A stretch of 64,000 bases of DNA from Phallusia mammillata (lineage: Eukaryota): the NCBI GenBank assembly GCA_965637545.1, contig OZ281499.1, positions 558,001 through 622,000 on the forward strand. Direction: 5' to 3'. How positions within the stretch are numbered: the first letter of the stretch is position 1; every line of letters starts with the position of its first letter. Position numbers and translations under genes: made by a program. The notes under the pieces are model-generated. The model searched no databases. It saw only the letters and a list, made by a program, of their open reading frames with translations, and was not told where the DNA came from. This document shows positions 10,501 to 23,600 of the stretch, piece by piece.

Positions 10501-11438
10501 ACTGTTTGTTTGATAAGGAATGGAGATCAAGTAGTTTGTGTTCAGGGCTTGGAGCACTTGCAATTGTATCATCAGAAGGATCGGCCTTGACAATGACAGC
10601 CATGACCACTTTTCGTCTTGTATCAGCCTTTAAACCATTTATAATTCGAAGTGTAGGTGTTTACAGAATTTTACTTGCTGAATTGTTTTGCTGGATTTCG
10701 GCTGTTGTTTTGGCAACTGTTCCTTTACTAAAAGTTACTTCGCATTATTTTATAACTGATGTTCGGTTTCCAAACAACATTTTTGGAAATGATTTTGTTT
10801 CCAGGGAAAACATGTCACTTCTTGCAAAAAGAATTACCAATGTAGAGCCAGAAAGTTGGAATGATGTGAAACAAACTATCAAGCAAACGTTTCCTCGCAA
10901 CCCAATCGAAGGAGAGTTTGGATATTATGGAGAAACAAGCGTTTGTTTGCCACGTTTGTTTGCCACAACTAGTGAATTTGCTTGGGAATATTCAACTTTC
11001 CTCATCACAATCAACTTCCTCATGTTCATCTACATGGTGGTTGCATACGTTCTCATCTACAAACAAAGTAACCAGATGAAAGAATCCAGGAGCAATGATG
11101 TCAGCTCCAAGATGCAGAAGAGAATCTCAAGGTTGATTTTGACCGACTTCTGTTGCTGGATTCCAATTTGTGTCATGGGATATTTGAGTGTTGGAGGAAT
11201 CAAGATGCCACCAGATGCTTATGTGTTGAGTGCTTGTCTGTTGCTTCCAATCAACAGCGCTCTTAATCCCTTGCTTTACTCAAAAGCATTGGAAGATCAA
11301 CTTGTCAGGGCAAAGAAATGGCTAATGGAGAAATTATCCTCTCTACGGGCATCTACAAATCGTTCATCGGATTTAGCTGTGAAATACAACGCTGGTGCAG
11401 AGGAAGAGGGCGACAGAGTGATTGAAATAGTTGGGTGA
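7552..11438 (+). CDS. LDLa-repeat class A GPCR gene 1, main exon (GRL101/RXFP-like, LRR-less); spliced product 1326 aa
   Basis: Acceptor TACTACAG at 7551. Many LDLa motifs (CDG..DC.D.SDE) followed by a 7TM with NLCCSDFLMGIYL (TM2), WRSSSLC (ECL1/TM3), FCCWIP (TM6), PINSALNPLLY (TM7). Spliced length 3981 nt = 1327 codons. Confidence 0.95.
7917..8738 (+). repeat. Six coding tandem repeats of 135/138 bp (8-Cys LDLa variant) in gene 1
   Basis: CPAxxFECxCYKTxNC...GC......QC.G...C.D.SDEVNCx units start at 7917, 8055, 8193, 8328, 8463, 8601. Confidence 0.95.
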
Positions 11439-11502
11439 AAATAATAAAAACACAACCAAATGATAACTCGAAACTTTTTGCTGCAGTTACGAAGTAATAA
11501 AC

Positions 11503-11795
11503 CAGAGGTCGGCAACCCCTGGCATGCGAGGTGGTTTTTGATGGCATGCCAACCGATTTGCGTGTTTATATTGAAGTAACAATTTAACCTGTTACACTGC
11601 TTGTTTTCAGTTTTTAGCATGCCATTGTCTTAAAATTCAGCCTTATATGCAAAAAAACACTCTGCTTTCTCTTTATTATTGATATCTGCTGGCACGAACC
11701 AATATTATTTAGAAAAACCTTGACATGCGAGGTCATTAACACAAGAAAATAACAAGTAAATTGGCACGTGTCGCCTAAAATGTTGGCAACCCTTG
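11503..11795. mobile_element. hAT MITE just 3' of the gene 1 stop; same insertion in gene 2 (40774-41063)
   Basis: TIR CAGAGGTCGGCAAC; TSD TAATAAAC / TAGTAAAC. Same family also at 61838-62126. Confidence 0.85.
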
Positions 11796-13908
11796 TAGTA
11801 AACCATGTTATTGTTAGTCTGTTTTTATTATGAAAAAATGCTTTCGTAAATAATTTTTCCTAGGTGTGGTGTCATTTGTGAAATATCTGTGTGCATGTAA
11901 TAACAAGTTGTACAGAAGTGTTATTTATTCATTTGTTGACAATATTTAATCAAAGCAAGTTATAAAGATTGTTATTTACAGAAGAACAACAGCATTTCAG
12001 GCATGAAGCAAGGTTATAAAAATGAAAAGTTAAAAAGTTCCTCAAAATGTGTATCCCTACACCACAATAGTCTGTAAAATTAATTTGATTGTTACCACAT
12101 CAAAAAGAGCCAAACAAAAGAGAAGTCACACTTAGGTATATTTTGATACCTTTTAATTCTTTATTTAGCAGCACCAAAACAATTTCTTTTATAAACACTG
12201 ACCTGATTCAAGCCCTTATTGTAAAACCATATTTGGTAAACAAAACACTTGTGGATTTAGATTTGCTTTGGAAACAGATTGCAGAACTTTAGCTGAACTA
12301 CAAAAGAAACAGATTGCTAAAAATTTCCATTTAGTAGGGGGCGTTGTCACTAAGGAACAAACCACTTAAACCTATTGTTTGCACTGGAATAGTCACAACA
12401 TTTAAAAGCTCTTGCTTGTCGAAAATTTTAGACTACCATCCAAATACAAGTCACTTACATGTATCAACCACCATAAAAACAAAACAGAAGGTAGTTACTC
12501 AGTTATCTAGCCAAAAAAATATGAAAAAGTACTACAGTGGTACCATGTTATTGGTTTGCTAAGAACAGTAGGCTTTGTTACTTCAACAAATAAAGGGGAA
12601 AAATATTTGTTTATTTACTGTTAAAAGATAGACCACCATGCTGATTTAATACACTACTCCAATTTTGTAAAATATTAGGTCAACCCAGCGTTAGGAACAA
12701 CAAAAAAATAGATAATATATAAGTGCAATGAGCAACACCAATGGAGAAATTATTATAAATTCACTTAAACTTAACTCAAATTTTGAAATCTCATCTGCAA
12801 CAAGAAGTTTAACTATTGCAAATTGCCGGAAGAGCTCCATAAACTTGAAGAAGTTTAATTATTACTTAAATAAAACTTTAAACTTTGGATAAAGAGAAAG
12901 GATCTAAGCTTGCATGGTCGTTTGGTTTCAATGAACCAAGTACTCTGCTACAACACACAGTTAAAGACACATGTACTGATGTACACATGTACATGCCTAT
13001 ATTTTGACAGAACATGTCGAACAGTGCAATGAACGCTACTTGAAATTTGAGAACACAACACAAATACTGTAATGTGATATTCTATGTATATGTCTAGTGT
13101 ACTTTGCTATGCCCAGATTTTAGGTCTAAATTTTAGGTCTAAAAATGTTTAACTTATATAGCACTCAGGTGCAAATACTTATACACGACAAGGTTAACGA
13201 TATTCTAAACCGTTATTATCTTTTAGTTGATTTTAGAAACGTCAAATGTAACCTGTGTTGCGCTGCCTTTTAATTGGTAGAAGGCGGGACTCTATGCGCC
13301 CAAACAGCATAGCAGGGTCGATCGCTCAGCGCGCCTTTCCTCGCGCTCAACAATTCCAAGTCACCAAGAGCCAAAATAACGAGTTGTTTTATTAAGGCAA
13401 TTAAGGACATGCGGTTTCTGCAAATATGCACTACTTTAGTTGAGGAAACAGACGAGAAATTATCAGTAAAGTTGACTCTTACCGAACTATTATAGGACCA
13501 GAGTCACAGTAAAGTTCTGTAAATACAGCATTAAATTCCATAAACATTAACAAACCACATAAGTAACGAACTGCGAGACTTTAAGCAACAAAGCTTACCG
13601 GAATAATACAGTTATTTACAGAAACAACACGTTGGCTGACGACGGTGGAATCCATGGTCCAGAAATGCACAAATTACACATTGGACGACCGGCAACAGTT
13701 CAGTTAGCACAGATTTCCTATTCGTTAACAATAAAACAAACATAACCGGTCAGTTAGATAAAGCATGCTGCCTCTATAACATCCAGTCGCTAATAAACAG
13801 GAGACAGCCACGCTTACAAGACTTCAGTAAAACAATGCCAAGGTTGTGACATCACAAGCACCGATTGTGTGATGCATTATTATTGTGTATAATGTCACCA
13901 GGTTGCAC

Positions 13909-14404
13909 CAGGGCTGCCACTCCTTGGGATTTTTCTCCCGATCTTAGGATTTCAGTGCTGAGCTTGGGATCTTGGGAAAACTATTTAAACCTTGGAATTT
14001 TTTGAAATTATTTATTTAATACATTTATGATTCAATTAATACTATTGTTGCAAACAAAAATGATCGTTTTGCATCAATTTTGTGTTTGAAGCCGTGTACG
14101 TTGATTGAAATTCCCTGTCAAAACTAGTGAGTCAGGCCAGTACTACGATGTAGCATGTGCCAGTAAAACAAATGTAAACAAAAAAATATTTTTTCTTTTG
14201 CATTTTTCTGGTAGTTCCTAGCGTCTTTTCAAAGGTACGTGATGGCTGGGACCTGCTGTAACTATAAAGATTATGTTGTGTGCGCCAGCTAGGATTTAAA
14301 CTGTGTATTTTCCATCTTTTGGTTATCTTGGGATTTTTGGACAAACCTTGGAATTTTTAGTGAGGGAACCTTGGGATATCTTAAAATTCTCAGTGGCAGC
14401 ACTA
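13909..14404. mobile_element. hAT MITE present only in unit U0
   Basis: TIR CAGGGCTGCCACT / AGTGGCAGCACTA; perfect TSD GGTTGCAC (13901-13908, 14405-14412). Confidence 0.88.
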
Positions 14405-14796
14405 GGTTGCACAACATTGCGCCATACAAGTGAATAAAGGGTACTGGCGGGAAACATAGAACACGTAATTAAGACAGTTGATGACCGGTGCATGCAGTGA
14501 TTAGTAAAACTGGTTTTGTTCGATTAGAAACTGGTCAAGCTTTTGTACAGAAAAAAGGCAAGGTAATTTAAACGGAAAATTTAAAAATACGTCACTATTA
14601 TTGCATGCGAATGAAATGAAACACAAATAAGTTTAAATCAACTGTTTTATTCCTTTCAGATGATTTCATTTTGTTAATGCCGACGAACATTAGTTTATTA
14701 TATTTAGACTATATTCAAAAGCCCGCGTTACCTCCAGGAAGATGACAAACAGCCCCTCAGGGCTCTCTACCCACGCGTTAAACACCACTGGTTCAA

Positions 14797-15293
14797 GGGT
14801 GCCTTCGAATACTACAGGTGCGCTAGGTGCGCTAGGTGCGCTTGGTGCGCTTGGTAACTCGCTTGGTAACCTTTTTTCGGGCAACGTAACTTAAAAATAC
14901 TGCAGGTAACTCTTTTTAGATCGATTAAACTCATAATAAGCACGACGTGACTCGAAAATACTGCAGCTGCCCTGTTTTTATGCGAGGAATTGTAAATACT
15001 GCAGTTAACGCAAATAATGCTGGAAAAGTGTTACGATAGTCCCAACACAACCAAAAACCAAAACCCTAAACTCTGAACCCGAAACTATGAACCCTAGCCC
15101 TAACCCTAACCCTAACCCTAAAAACAGTACATATACCACTATCATGTTACGTCGCAGTAACTACGCGTTTACTCGTTTCAAAAAAGGTTACCTGCACTGT
15201 TTACGGGCTTTGTGGAATTAAAACGAGTTACCTGTAGTTTACCAAGCGAAGTACCTAGCGGACCAAGCGCACCTGCAGTTTTCGAAGGCACCG
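14797..15293. mobile_element. MITE with 9-bp TSD (Mutator-like), subterminal 9-mers and internal telomeric repeats; U0 only
   Basis: TIR GGTGCCTTCGAA.ACT.CAGGTGCGCT; TSD CTGGTTCAA / CTGGTTAAA; (GGTGCGCTW)4 at the left end; (CCCTAA)3 at 15098-15115. Empty site in U1 at ~20860. Confidence 0.75.
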
Positions 15294-16065
15294 CTGGTTA
15301 AATACAGAGTTGTAAGCAGGCCTGAAATTTGAACCGAAACCCCAATCGTAGAATCTTGTTTAGGCCCAAAAGTTTGATTGACAGGCCAATAATATTGAAG
15401 ACATGGACAATAATAGATAATGGCCAAAACAAGGCGTTTTAGGGCATTAGGTCAGGTCCAGCAACTAGCTACTTAGCTAAGACCAGGTAAGTTTCCCGTT
15501 TTGCCAGCAAACGTTGTCCATATTTGTGCCAATTTCGCCTGAGTGACCTTTTTACTTTCTTTCATAATAACGTAAAAACGATATAATAACGCCAATTCCA
15601 AACACACATTCCATTACAACCTGCAAAAGGACCATATCACCCATTGATGACGTTTCTTTCGATGCAGCCAAAGAAGTGTCAGCAAGCGAATGATCCAGCG
15701 CGCCTGGCCCATACACAGACATAAAAAATGATCGGGATTCATCCCTGGGAGCGTCCTGGGTTTGAACCCTGAGAAAAAAATGTAACCTACAAGCAAGTTG
15801 CCTACTCTACTCAAAAAAGTATTGTGCTTTATTTGATATTCACATCAAACACATAGTTTGCCTGCACTCGATATGTTATTGCATGAGCATTGTTGCGGAT
15901 AAGCCTTCAAAATATCAGTGCTTCATTGGTCCGCGCATGCCAATACTTTACTTGCTTATTTTCCTGGCTTGGTTTATAAAAGAAGGTTTTGTTGCCAAGT
16001 TTTAAGCCCCAAATTGAAAAAGATTCTAAAACACAACATAAAAATTGTTCTCATATAGTTTAGTC

Positions 16066-16281
16066 CAGTGGTCGGCAACCGCCGTCCGCGAGGAGTTCGT
16101 TGTCGGGCCCTATAATTTTTCAGGTTTAATGCTTTAAATGATTTTGCTCATGTGTCCCGGGGATGATCAACTAATTTATGCATTCTCACTGATAAATATT
16201 TGTAGTTTTTTAAACGCCCGTCCGCGATAATATTTTAGTTTCAAAAACGGTCTCCAGTGCAAAAAAGGTTGCCAACCCCTG
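16066..16281. mobile_element. hAT MITE present only in U0
   Basis: TIR CAGTGGTCGGCAACC / GGTTGCCAACCCCTG; TSD GTTTAGTC / GTTTAGCC. Empty site at ~21125 and ~26220. Confidence 0.85.
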
Positions 16282-16834
16282 GTTTAGCCCATGTTATCTT
16301 GCTATCATGATTGACCTTCTCGCAACACAACAAATATTCTAAAGACATTTTTCATCTGGCAATGCCACCGCGTCAGCCATTATACAAGTCGGAATTACTT
16401 TGACAGCGTAAGATCGACAATGAAAACCTCAGCTACTTTCAACTCGGTAAAGTTGGAAAATAATTCTAGTTGTGATTATAAAGCGACGTGAAACATCTCA
16501 AACCGTGATGCTGTCTTTAATATTTCACACATTTGTAGCCTACTACCGGCATTTCACATTAGCACTATTCCACTGTAAATAAGTACTATTGCCGGTCCAG
16601 CAAAAGCCCTTAACGGACCACTGTTATAGAAAGCCCCTGCGTTATTATGCCTTGCCAACTGTGGCCCTCGCTTGTCATTTTTATGTTATTTGACCCACCG
16701 TGAACTAAGTTTAGTGACCCCTGCCAGAGGGCGTCGCAAAATTACATCTACCCTTTACTATTAATAATATCGATGGTAAAATTTGCACTGGTACATAGGG
16801 TTGATTGAACAACATTTTATAAGTGCATAAATCT

Positions 16835-17014
16835 GGTAGAGCTACTAACACAGGACCTCACATTAGCTAATTTCCGGTAAGTGGCGCAACAGAGGATTAG
16901 CGTTTGCAATGGCTATTGCGCTGAGTCAGCTATTGCGCATTATTGCCATCGCAAACGCCAATGCTCGGAAATTAGCACGTCTGTAATGTGAGCTCCTGTG
17001 TTAGTAGCTCTACC
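16835..17014. mobile_element. 180-bp fold-back (near-palindromic) MITE; copies at ~21915-22093 and ~27010-27188
   Basis: GGTAGAGCTACTAACACAGGA.CTCACATTA pairs with TAATGTGAGCTCCTGTGTTAGTAGCTCTACC, with further nested inverted arms. No clear TSD. Confidence 0.7.
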
Positions 17015-17027
17015 CGAATATCCTTTC

Positions 17028-17601
17028 TAGGGTTGGGATTTCGGGAACGGGATTTCCCAGGATTTTTCGGGATTGAAATACCAAGCTAAAAAGTACATTT
17101 AAAGCTGTTTTAGCTAATCGACACGGTCTTTTTTAATTGTTCTTGCCAAACTGAAACGAGTATTTTCGTGTGGTTGTGCGAATGAGCGATTTAGTGCAAT
17201 ATGTAAGTAGACACCAAGCCAACTAGCGTCGTATTTTATTATCTTTTTAGTTTACCGCGCTACTTAAAGTTGAGTTATGTTGTCACCATTAATTGTCTAT
17301 TTATAGACGCAACGCGAAACATTTACGTGGTCGTAATGCTAACAAATCTTCAAGCCTCGGTATAATACATGTGGCCAGCACACAATAGTAGTAACATGAT
17401 GTGTTATTTAAATCAATAATACTATGTCTGTGAATGTTATTCCATTCAAAGACCTTTTTTACCAATTTAGAACACATGCACCTTGATTTAGTGATATTAC
17501 CTGGAAATGCAAGTCCATGCAGTGATTTCACTATAATAAACCCCTGACAGGGATTTAGAAAAAAGTGAAAAATACCGGGATTTGCCGGGATACCAACCCT
17601 T
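17028..17601. mobile_element. TIR element (TAGGGTTGG...CCAACCCT) with GGGATTT subterminal repeats; copies at 22107-22696 and 27202-27792
   Basis: Inverted termini AGGGTTGG / CCAACCCT and repeated CGGGATTT motifs at both ends. TSD not recognisable. Confidence 0.55.
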
Positions 17602-20600
17602 CTATTTTGATATGAGGTTATCTGAGTTTTCCAATTTGCACACCACTGAATGTGTAGCGCAGTGACAACGCGTTAGAACGTTTGATGGTTCGCAGCATTG
17701 GCATTTATGACCCACTAAAACAAATTGTTGGCAGAACTACCCAAGACGATTTTTCAATGTGTTTAATGGCAAAAGTTTCGCAATAAAGTTGTGAACAGAA
17801 AAATAAAACACTTGCGTTTCAAATGTGAGACATCGCAAAAAAAAACATTTTATTTCATCGATTTTATAAATTAATAATTGAATGTTTTCAAATTTGCAAA
17901 CAAAACAAAACTTTCCACGCAACACCCGAGACGACGAAATTCGAATTCCTCTTACGTTTTAGTTACTTTCGTCATATTATTAGATCGGGTTCGCGTAAAC
18001 AGACTGGGTTTTGGCACAAACAATTTTCAGCGGAAACAGCGTCAGGCAAGTCAGGCTTTTACTCATAATTAATCATTCAGGAAGCGCTACGTTCAATATA
18101 CGATGTGATTATACACCGACCTTTTCTTAGTTAGAAACCACAATTGGTTAAACGTTTGCACACAAAGGCAAAGGCATAGTGAGAATCAAATCAGTAGTTG
18201 TTTTGGTGATGTGAAGCGCAGATTAATAAACTTTGCCCTGCTACAAATCGGTCTCGGCCAGACAATGTAATGAAACATTCATTTAATGTAAAAGGTAATT
18301 TTAGTCTATAAAAATGAAACTTGTTTCACACATCACCTACCATCACCGCAAGAACTGTTATAAACACTGACCTGATTCAAGCCCTTATTGTAAAACCATA
18401 TTTGGTAAACAAAACACTTGTGGATTTAGATTTGCTTTGGAAACAGATTGCAGAACTTTAGCTGAACTACAAAAGAAACAGATTGCTAAAAAAAAAATTC
18501 CATTTAGTAGGGGGCGTTGTCACTAAGGAACAAACCACTTAAACCTATTGTTTGCACTGGAATAGTCACAACATTTAAAAGCTCTTGCTTGTCGAAAATT
18601 TTAGACTACCATCCAAATACAAGTCACTTACATGTATCAACCACCATAAAAACAAAACAGAAGGTAGTTACTCAGTTATCTAGCCATAAAAAGATGAAAA
18701 AGTACTACAGTGGTACCATGTTATTGGTTTGCTAAGAACAGTAGGCTTTGTTACTTCAACAAATAAAGGGGAAAAAATATTTTGTTTATTTACTGTTAAA
18801 AGATAGACCACCATGCTGATTTAATACACTACTCCAATTTTGTAAAATATTAGGTCAACCCAGCGTTAGGAACAAAAAAAATAGATAACATAAGTGCAAA
18901 GAGCAACACTAATGGAGAAATTAATATAAATTAACTTTTATTTCACTTAAACTTAATTCAAATTTTTATATCTGATGTGCAATAAAAAAGTTTAACTATT
19001 ACAATTTCCAGAAGAGCTCTATAAACTTGAAGAAGTTTAATTATTACTTAAATAAAACTTTAAACTTTGGGTAAAAAAAGGGATCTAAGCTTGCTGGTCG
19101 TTCGTTTTTTATAAACAAAGTACTCTGTTACAACACACAGTCAGTGACAGGTTTAGGCCTACTGACCCTTAGGGTAGACAATTCTAAACACTTCGTATAT
19201 CTAAGTCTTTGAAGAAACTACTAATTGCTGAACATATTAAACCTATATGACACCAAATACTAGAGTTAAGTTCCCAAGTCCATATTTTGACAGAGCATGT
19301 CGCACAGCACATGGAGCGCTACTTGCAATTTGAGAACGCCTAATGTACTTTACTATGCGCTGATTTGAAGTCTAAAAAACGCTTGACTTATGCAGCATTT
19401 AGGCCACGTTATTAACATGGGAGCGTATAGTTGCAAATACGTATACACGACAAGGTTAACGATGCTCTAAAATCTAAACCGTAATTATCTTTTAGTTTAT
19501 CTATTTAGAAAGCAGGGGCGATCGCTTAAATTCCTAAAAAAACGTGATTAAAACCGTAATTATCTTTAGTTTATCCATTTTAGAAACGTCAAATGTAACC
19601 TGTGTTGCGCTGCCTTTAAATTGGTAGAGGCTGTGAAGTGACTCTATTCGCCCAGACAGCACAGCAGGGGTGATCGCTTAAATTCCTAGAATTGTTCTTA
19701 ACGCGCCTTTCCTCGCGCTCAACAACTCCAAGGCACCAAGAGCCAAAATAACGAATTCTTTTATTAAGTCAATTGTGGCCAGTGGCGCTTGAGGGTTCAG
19801 CAGCAAGACGAGGACAGAGTCAAAAACGGTTTTGGCAAATATGCACTAATTTAGTTAAGGAAACAGACAAGAAATTATCAGTAAAGTTGACTCTTACCGA
19901 ACTATCATAGGACCGGAGTCACAGTAACATTCAAAGCGATCAGGAGATTTTAGGTTCTGCAAATACAGCATCAAATTCAATAAACATCACCAAACCACAT
20001 TAGTAACGAACTGCAAGACTTTAAGCAACAAAGCTTACCGGAAAAATACAGTTATTTACAGCAACAGCACGTTGGCTGACGACGGTGGAATCCATGGTCC
20101 AGAAATGCACAAATTACACATTGGACGACCGGCAACAGTTCAGTTAGCACAAATTTCCTATTCGTTACCAATAAAACAGACATAACCAGTCAATTAAATA
20201 AAGCATGCTGTCTCCATAACACCCAGTCGTTAATAAACACAAGGCAGCCACGCTCACAAGAAGTGACTTCAGTATAACAATGCCAAGGTTGTGACATCAT
20301 AAGCACCGATTATGTGATAGACATTGTGTCATACAGGAAAGTTAAGGCTACTGGCGCGAAACAAAGAAAACATAATATGCACGGTGACAATGTAACAACG
20401 TGACTAAATGCTGTTTTAGACGTTGCTTCTCGGTAACATGTAAAGGGACGATATAATAATAGCTTTAAGACAGTTTATGACCGATGCATGCGCTGATTGT
20501 TAAAACTGGTTTTGTTCGATAAGAAACCGGTCAAGCTTTTGTATCGAAAAAAGGCAAGGTAATTTAAACGGAAAAATAAAAATACGTCACTATTATTGCA

Positions 20601-23600
20601 TGCGAATAAAATGTTCAAATTTAAAATCCAAAGTGCAATACACACGCTTCACCTACTACAAGCGTTTGGACGTTTTAATATTGTAAGAATCATAATGAAA
20701 CACATAATAAGTTTAAATCAGCTGTTTGATTGTTTTCGGACCTTTTTATTTTGTTATTGCTGACAAACATTAGCTTTTTTAAATAATTGAAAGCCCATGT
20801 TACCCCAAGGAATATGACAAACAACTCCTTCGGGGCTCTCTACCAACGGGTTAAATACCACTGGTTTAGTGCGGAGTTGTAAGCGAGCCTGAAATTTGAA
20901 CCCGAACCCCAATCGTAGAAGCTTGTTTTGGCCCCAAAGTTTAATCGAAAGGCCAATAATAATGAAGACATGGACAATAATAGATGATAGCCTAAACAAG
21001 GTATTTTAGGGCTGTCATCATAAGACGTAGGCGAGAACAATAGAAAAAGAAGGTGTTGCCGACAAATTTGAAGGCCCAAACAGAAAAAGAATTTAAAATA
21101 AAACATAAAAATTGTTCTCATATAATTTACTCCCATATGTTGTCTTGCGATCATGATGAAGGTCTTCTCGCAACACAACAATCAATCTAAAGACATTTTT
21201 TATCTGACTATGCCACCGCGTCAGCCGTTATACAAGTCGGAATCACTTTGAATAATTCTAGTTGTGATTATAATGCGAAGTGAAACATCTCAAACCGTGA
21301 TGCTGTTGCTGTTTACTTGACAAACCCAGTTACAAAGCTTTTGCTGTTTGAGTACTAAAACATTTTTGACTTTGTGGACCAATTTTGCCATTAGGGCAGG
21401 AGTAACCAAACTACACGGCCCGCAATAATATTTAGTCTTAATACAAATCATTAAACATAACGCTTGAGTAAACCGTTGAAAGTTAATTTACTGCGAAACA
21501 ACATGTAGGATTAAGTTACCCTAGTTTTGCGGGACGAATAAAAAATAGTCCAACAGCAGTTTGCAAATCGTGTGATGGAATAAATAAGTATTGTCAGTGA
21601 AGAACTCTTTAATATTTCACACATTTGTAGCCTACTACCGGCATTTCACATTAGCACTATTCCACTGTAAATAAGTACTATTGCTGGTCCCGCAAATGCG
21701 CTTAGCGGACCAATGTTATAGAAAGCCGCTGTGTTATTATGCCTTGTCAGCTGTGGCCCTCGCTTGTCATTTTTCAGTTATTTGGCCGCTGTGAAAAAAG
21801 TTTAGTGACCCCTGCCACAGGGCGTCGCAAATTACATCTACCCTTTACTATTAATAAGATCGATGTTAACATTTGCAATGGTACATAGGATTGAATATAT
21901 AGTGCGTAAATCCAGGATAGCTACTAACACAGGAACTCACATTAGCTAATTTCCGGTAGGTAGCGCAACAGAGAATTAGCGTTTGCATTAGCTATTGCAC
22001 TGAGTCAGCTATTGCGCAATATGGCTATCGCAAACGCCAATGCTCGGAAACTAGCACGTCTGTAATGTGAGTTCCTGTGTTAGTAGCTCTACCCAAAAAT
22101 CCAGTCTAGGGTTGGGATTTCGGGAACGGGATTTCCCGGGATTTTCACTTCCTAATCCAGGGATTTTTCGAAATACCAAGCTAAAAAGTACATTTAAAGC
22201 TGTTTTAACTAATTGACACGGTCTTTTTTAATTGTTCTTGCCAAACTGAAACGAGCATTTTCGTGTGGTTGTGCGAATGAGCGATTTAGTGCAATATGTA
22301 AGTAGACACCAAGCCAACTAGCGTCGTATTTTATTATCTTTTTAGTTTACCGCGCTACTTAAAGTTGAGTTATGTTGTCACCATTAATTGTCTATTTATA
22401 GACGCAACGCGAAACATTTACGTGGTCGTAATGCTAACAAATCTTCAAGCCTCGGTATAATACATGTGGCCAGCACACAATAGTAGTAACATGATGTGTT
22501 ATTTAAATCAATAATACTATGTCTGTGAATGTTATTCCATTCAAAGACCTTTTTTACCAATTTAGAACACATGCACCTTGATTTAGTGATATTACCTGGA
22601 AATGCAAGTCCATGCAGTGATTTCACTATAATAAACCCCTGACAGGGATTTAGAAAAAAGTGAAAAATACCGGGATTTGCCGGGATACCAACCCTTCTAT
22701 TTTGATATGAGGTTATCTGAGTTTTCCAATTTGCACACCACTGAATGTGTAGCGCAGTGACAACGCGTTAGAACGTTTGATGGTTCGCAGCATTGGCATT
22801 TATGACCCACTAAAACAAATTGTTGGCAGAACTACCCAAGACGATTTTTCAATGTGTTTAATGGCAAAAGTTTCGCAATAAAGTTGTGAACAGAAAAATA
22901 AAACACTTGCGTTTCAAATGTGAGACATCGCAAAAAAAAACATTTTATTTCATCGATTTTATAAATTAATAATTGAATGTTTTCAAATTTGCAAACAAAA
23001 CAAAACTTTCCACGCAACACCCGAGACGACGAAATTCGAATTCCTCTTACGTTTTAGTTACTTTCGTCATATTATTAGATCGGGTTCGCGTAAACAGACT
23101 GGGTTTTGGCACAAACAATTTTCAGCGGAAACAGCGTCAGGCAAGTCAGGCTTTTACTCATAATTAATCATTCAGGAAGCGCTACGTTCAATATACGATG
23201 TGATTATACACCGACCTTTTCTTAGTTAGAAACCACAATTGGTTAAACGTTTGCACACAAAGGCAAAGGCATAGTGAGAATCAAATCAGTAGTTGTTTTG
23301 GTGATGTGAAGCGCAGATTAATAAACTTTGCCCTGCTACAAATCGGTCTCGGCCAGACAATGTAATGAAACATTCATTTAATGTAAAAGGTAATTTTAGT
23401 CTATAAAAATGAAACTTGTTTCACACATCACCTACCATCACCGCAAGAACTGTTATAAACACTGACCTGATTCAAGCCCTTATTGTAAAACCATATTTGG
23501 TAAACAAAACACTTGTGGATTTAGATTTGCTTTGGAAACAGATTGCAGAACTTTAGCTGAACTACAAAAGAAACAGATTGCTAAAAAAAAAATTCCATTT

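Noticed and set aside
12334-12346. TAGTAGGGGGCG as a CTCF site repeated in each array unit
   Set aside because: Lacks the conserved leading CC and is changed to TAGTAGGGGACG in the gene 2 flank.
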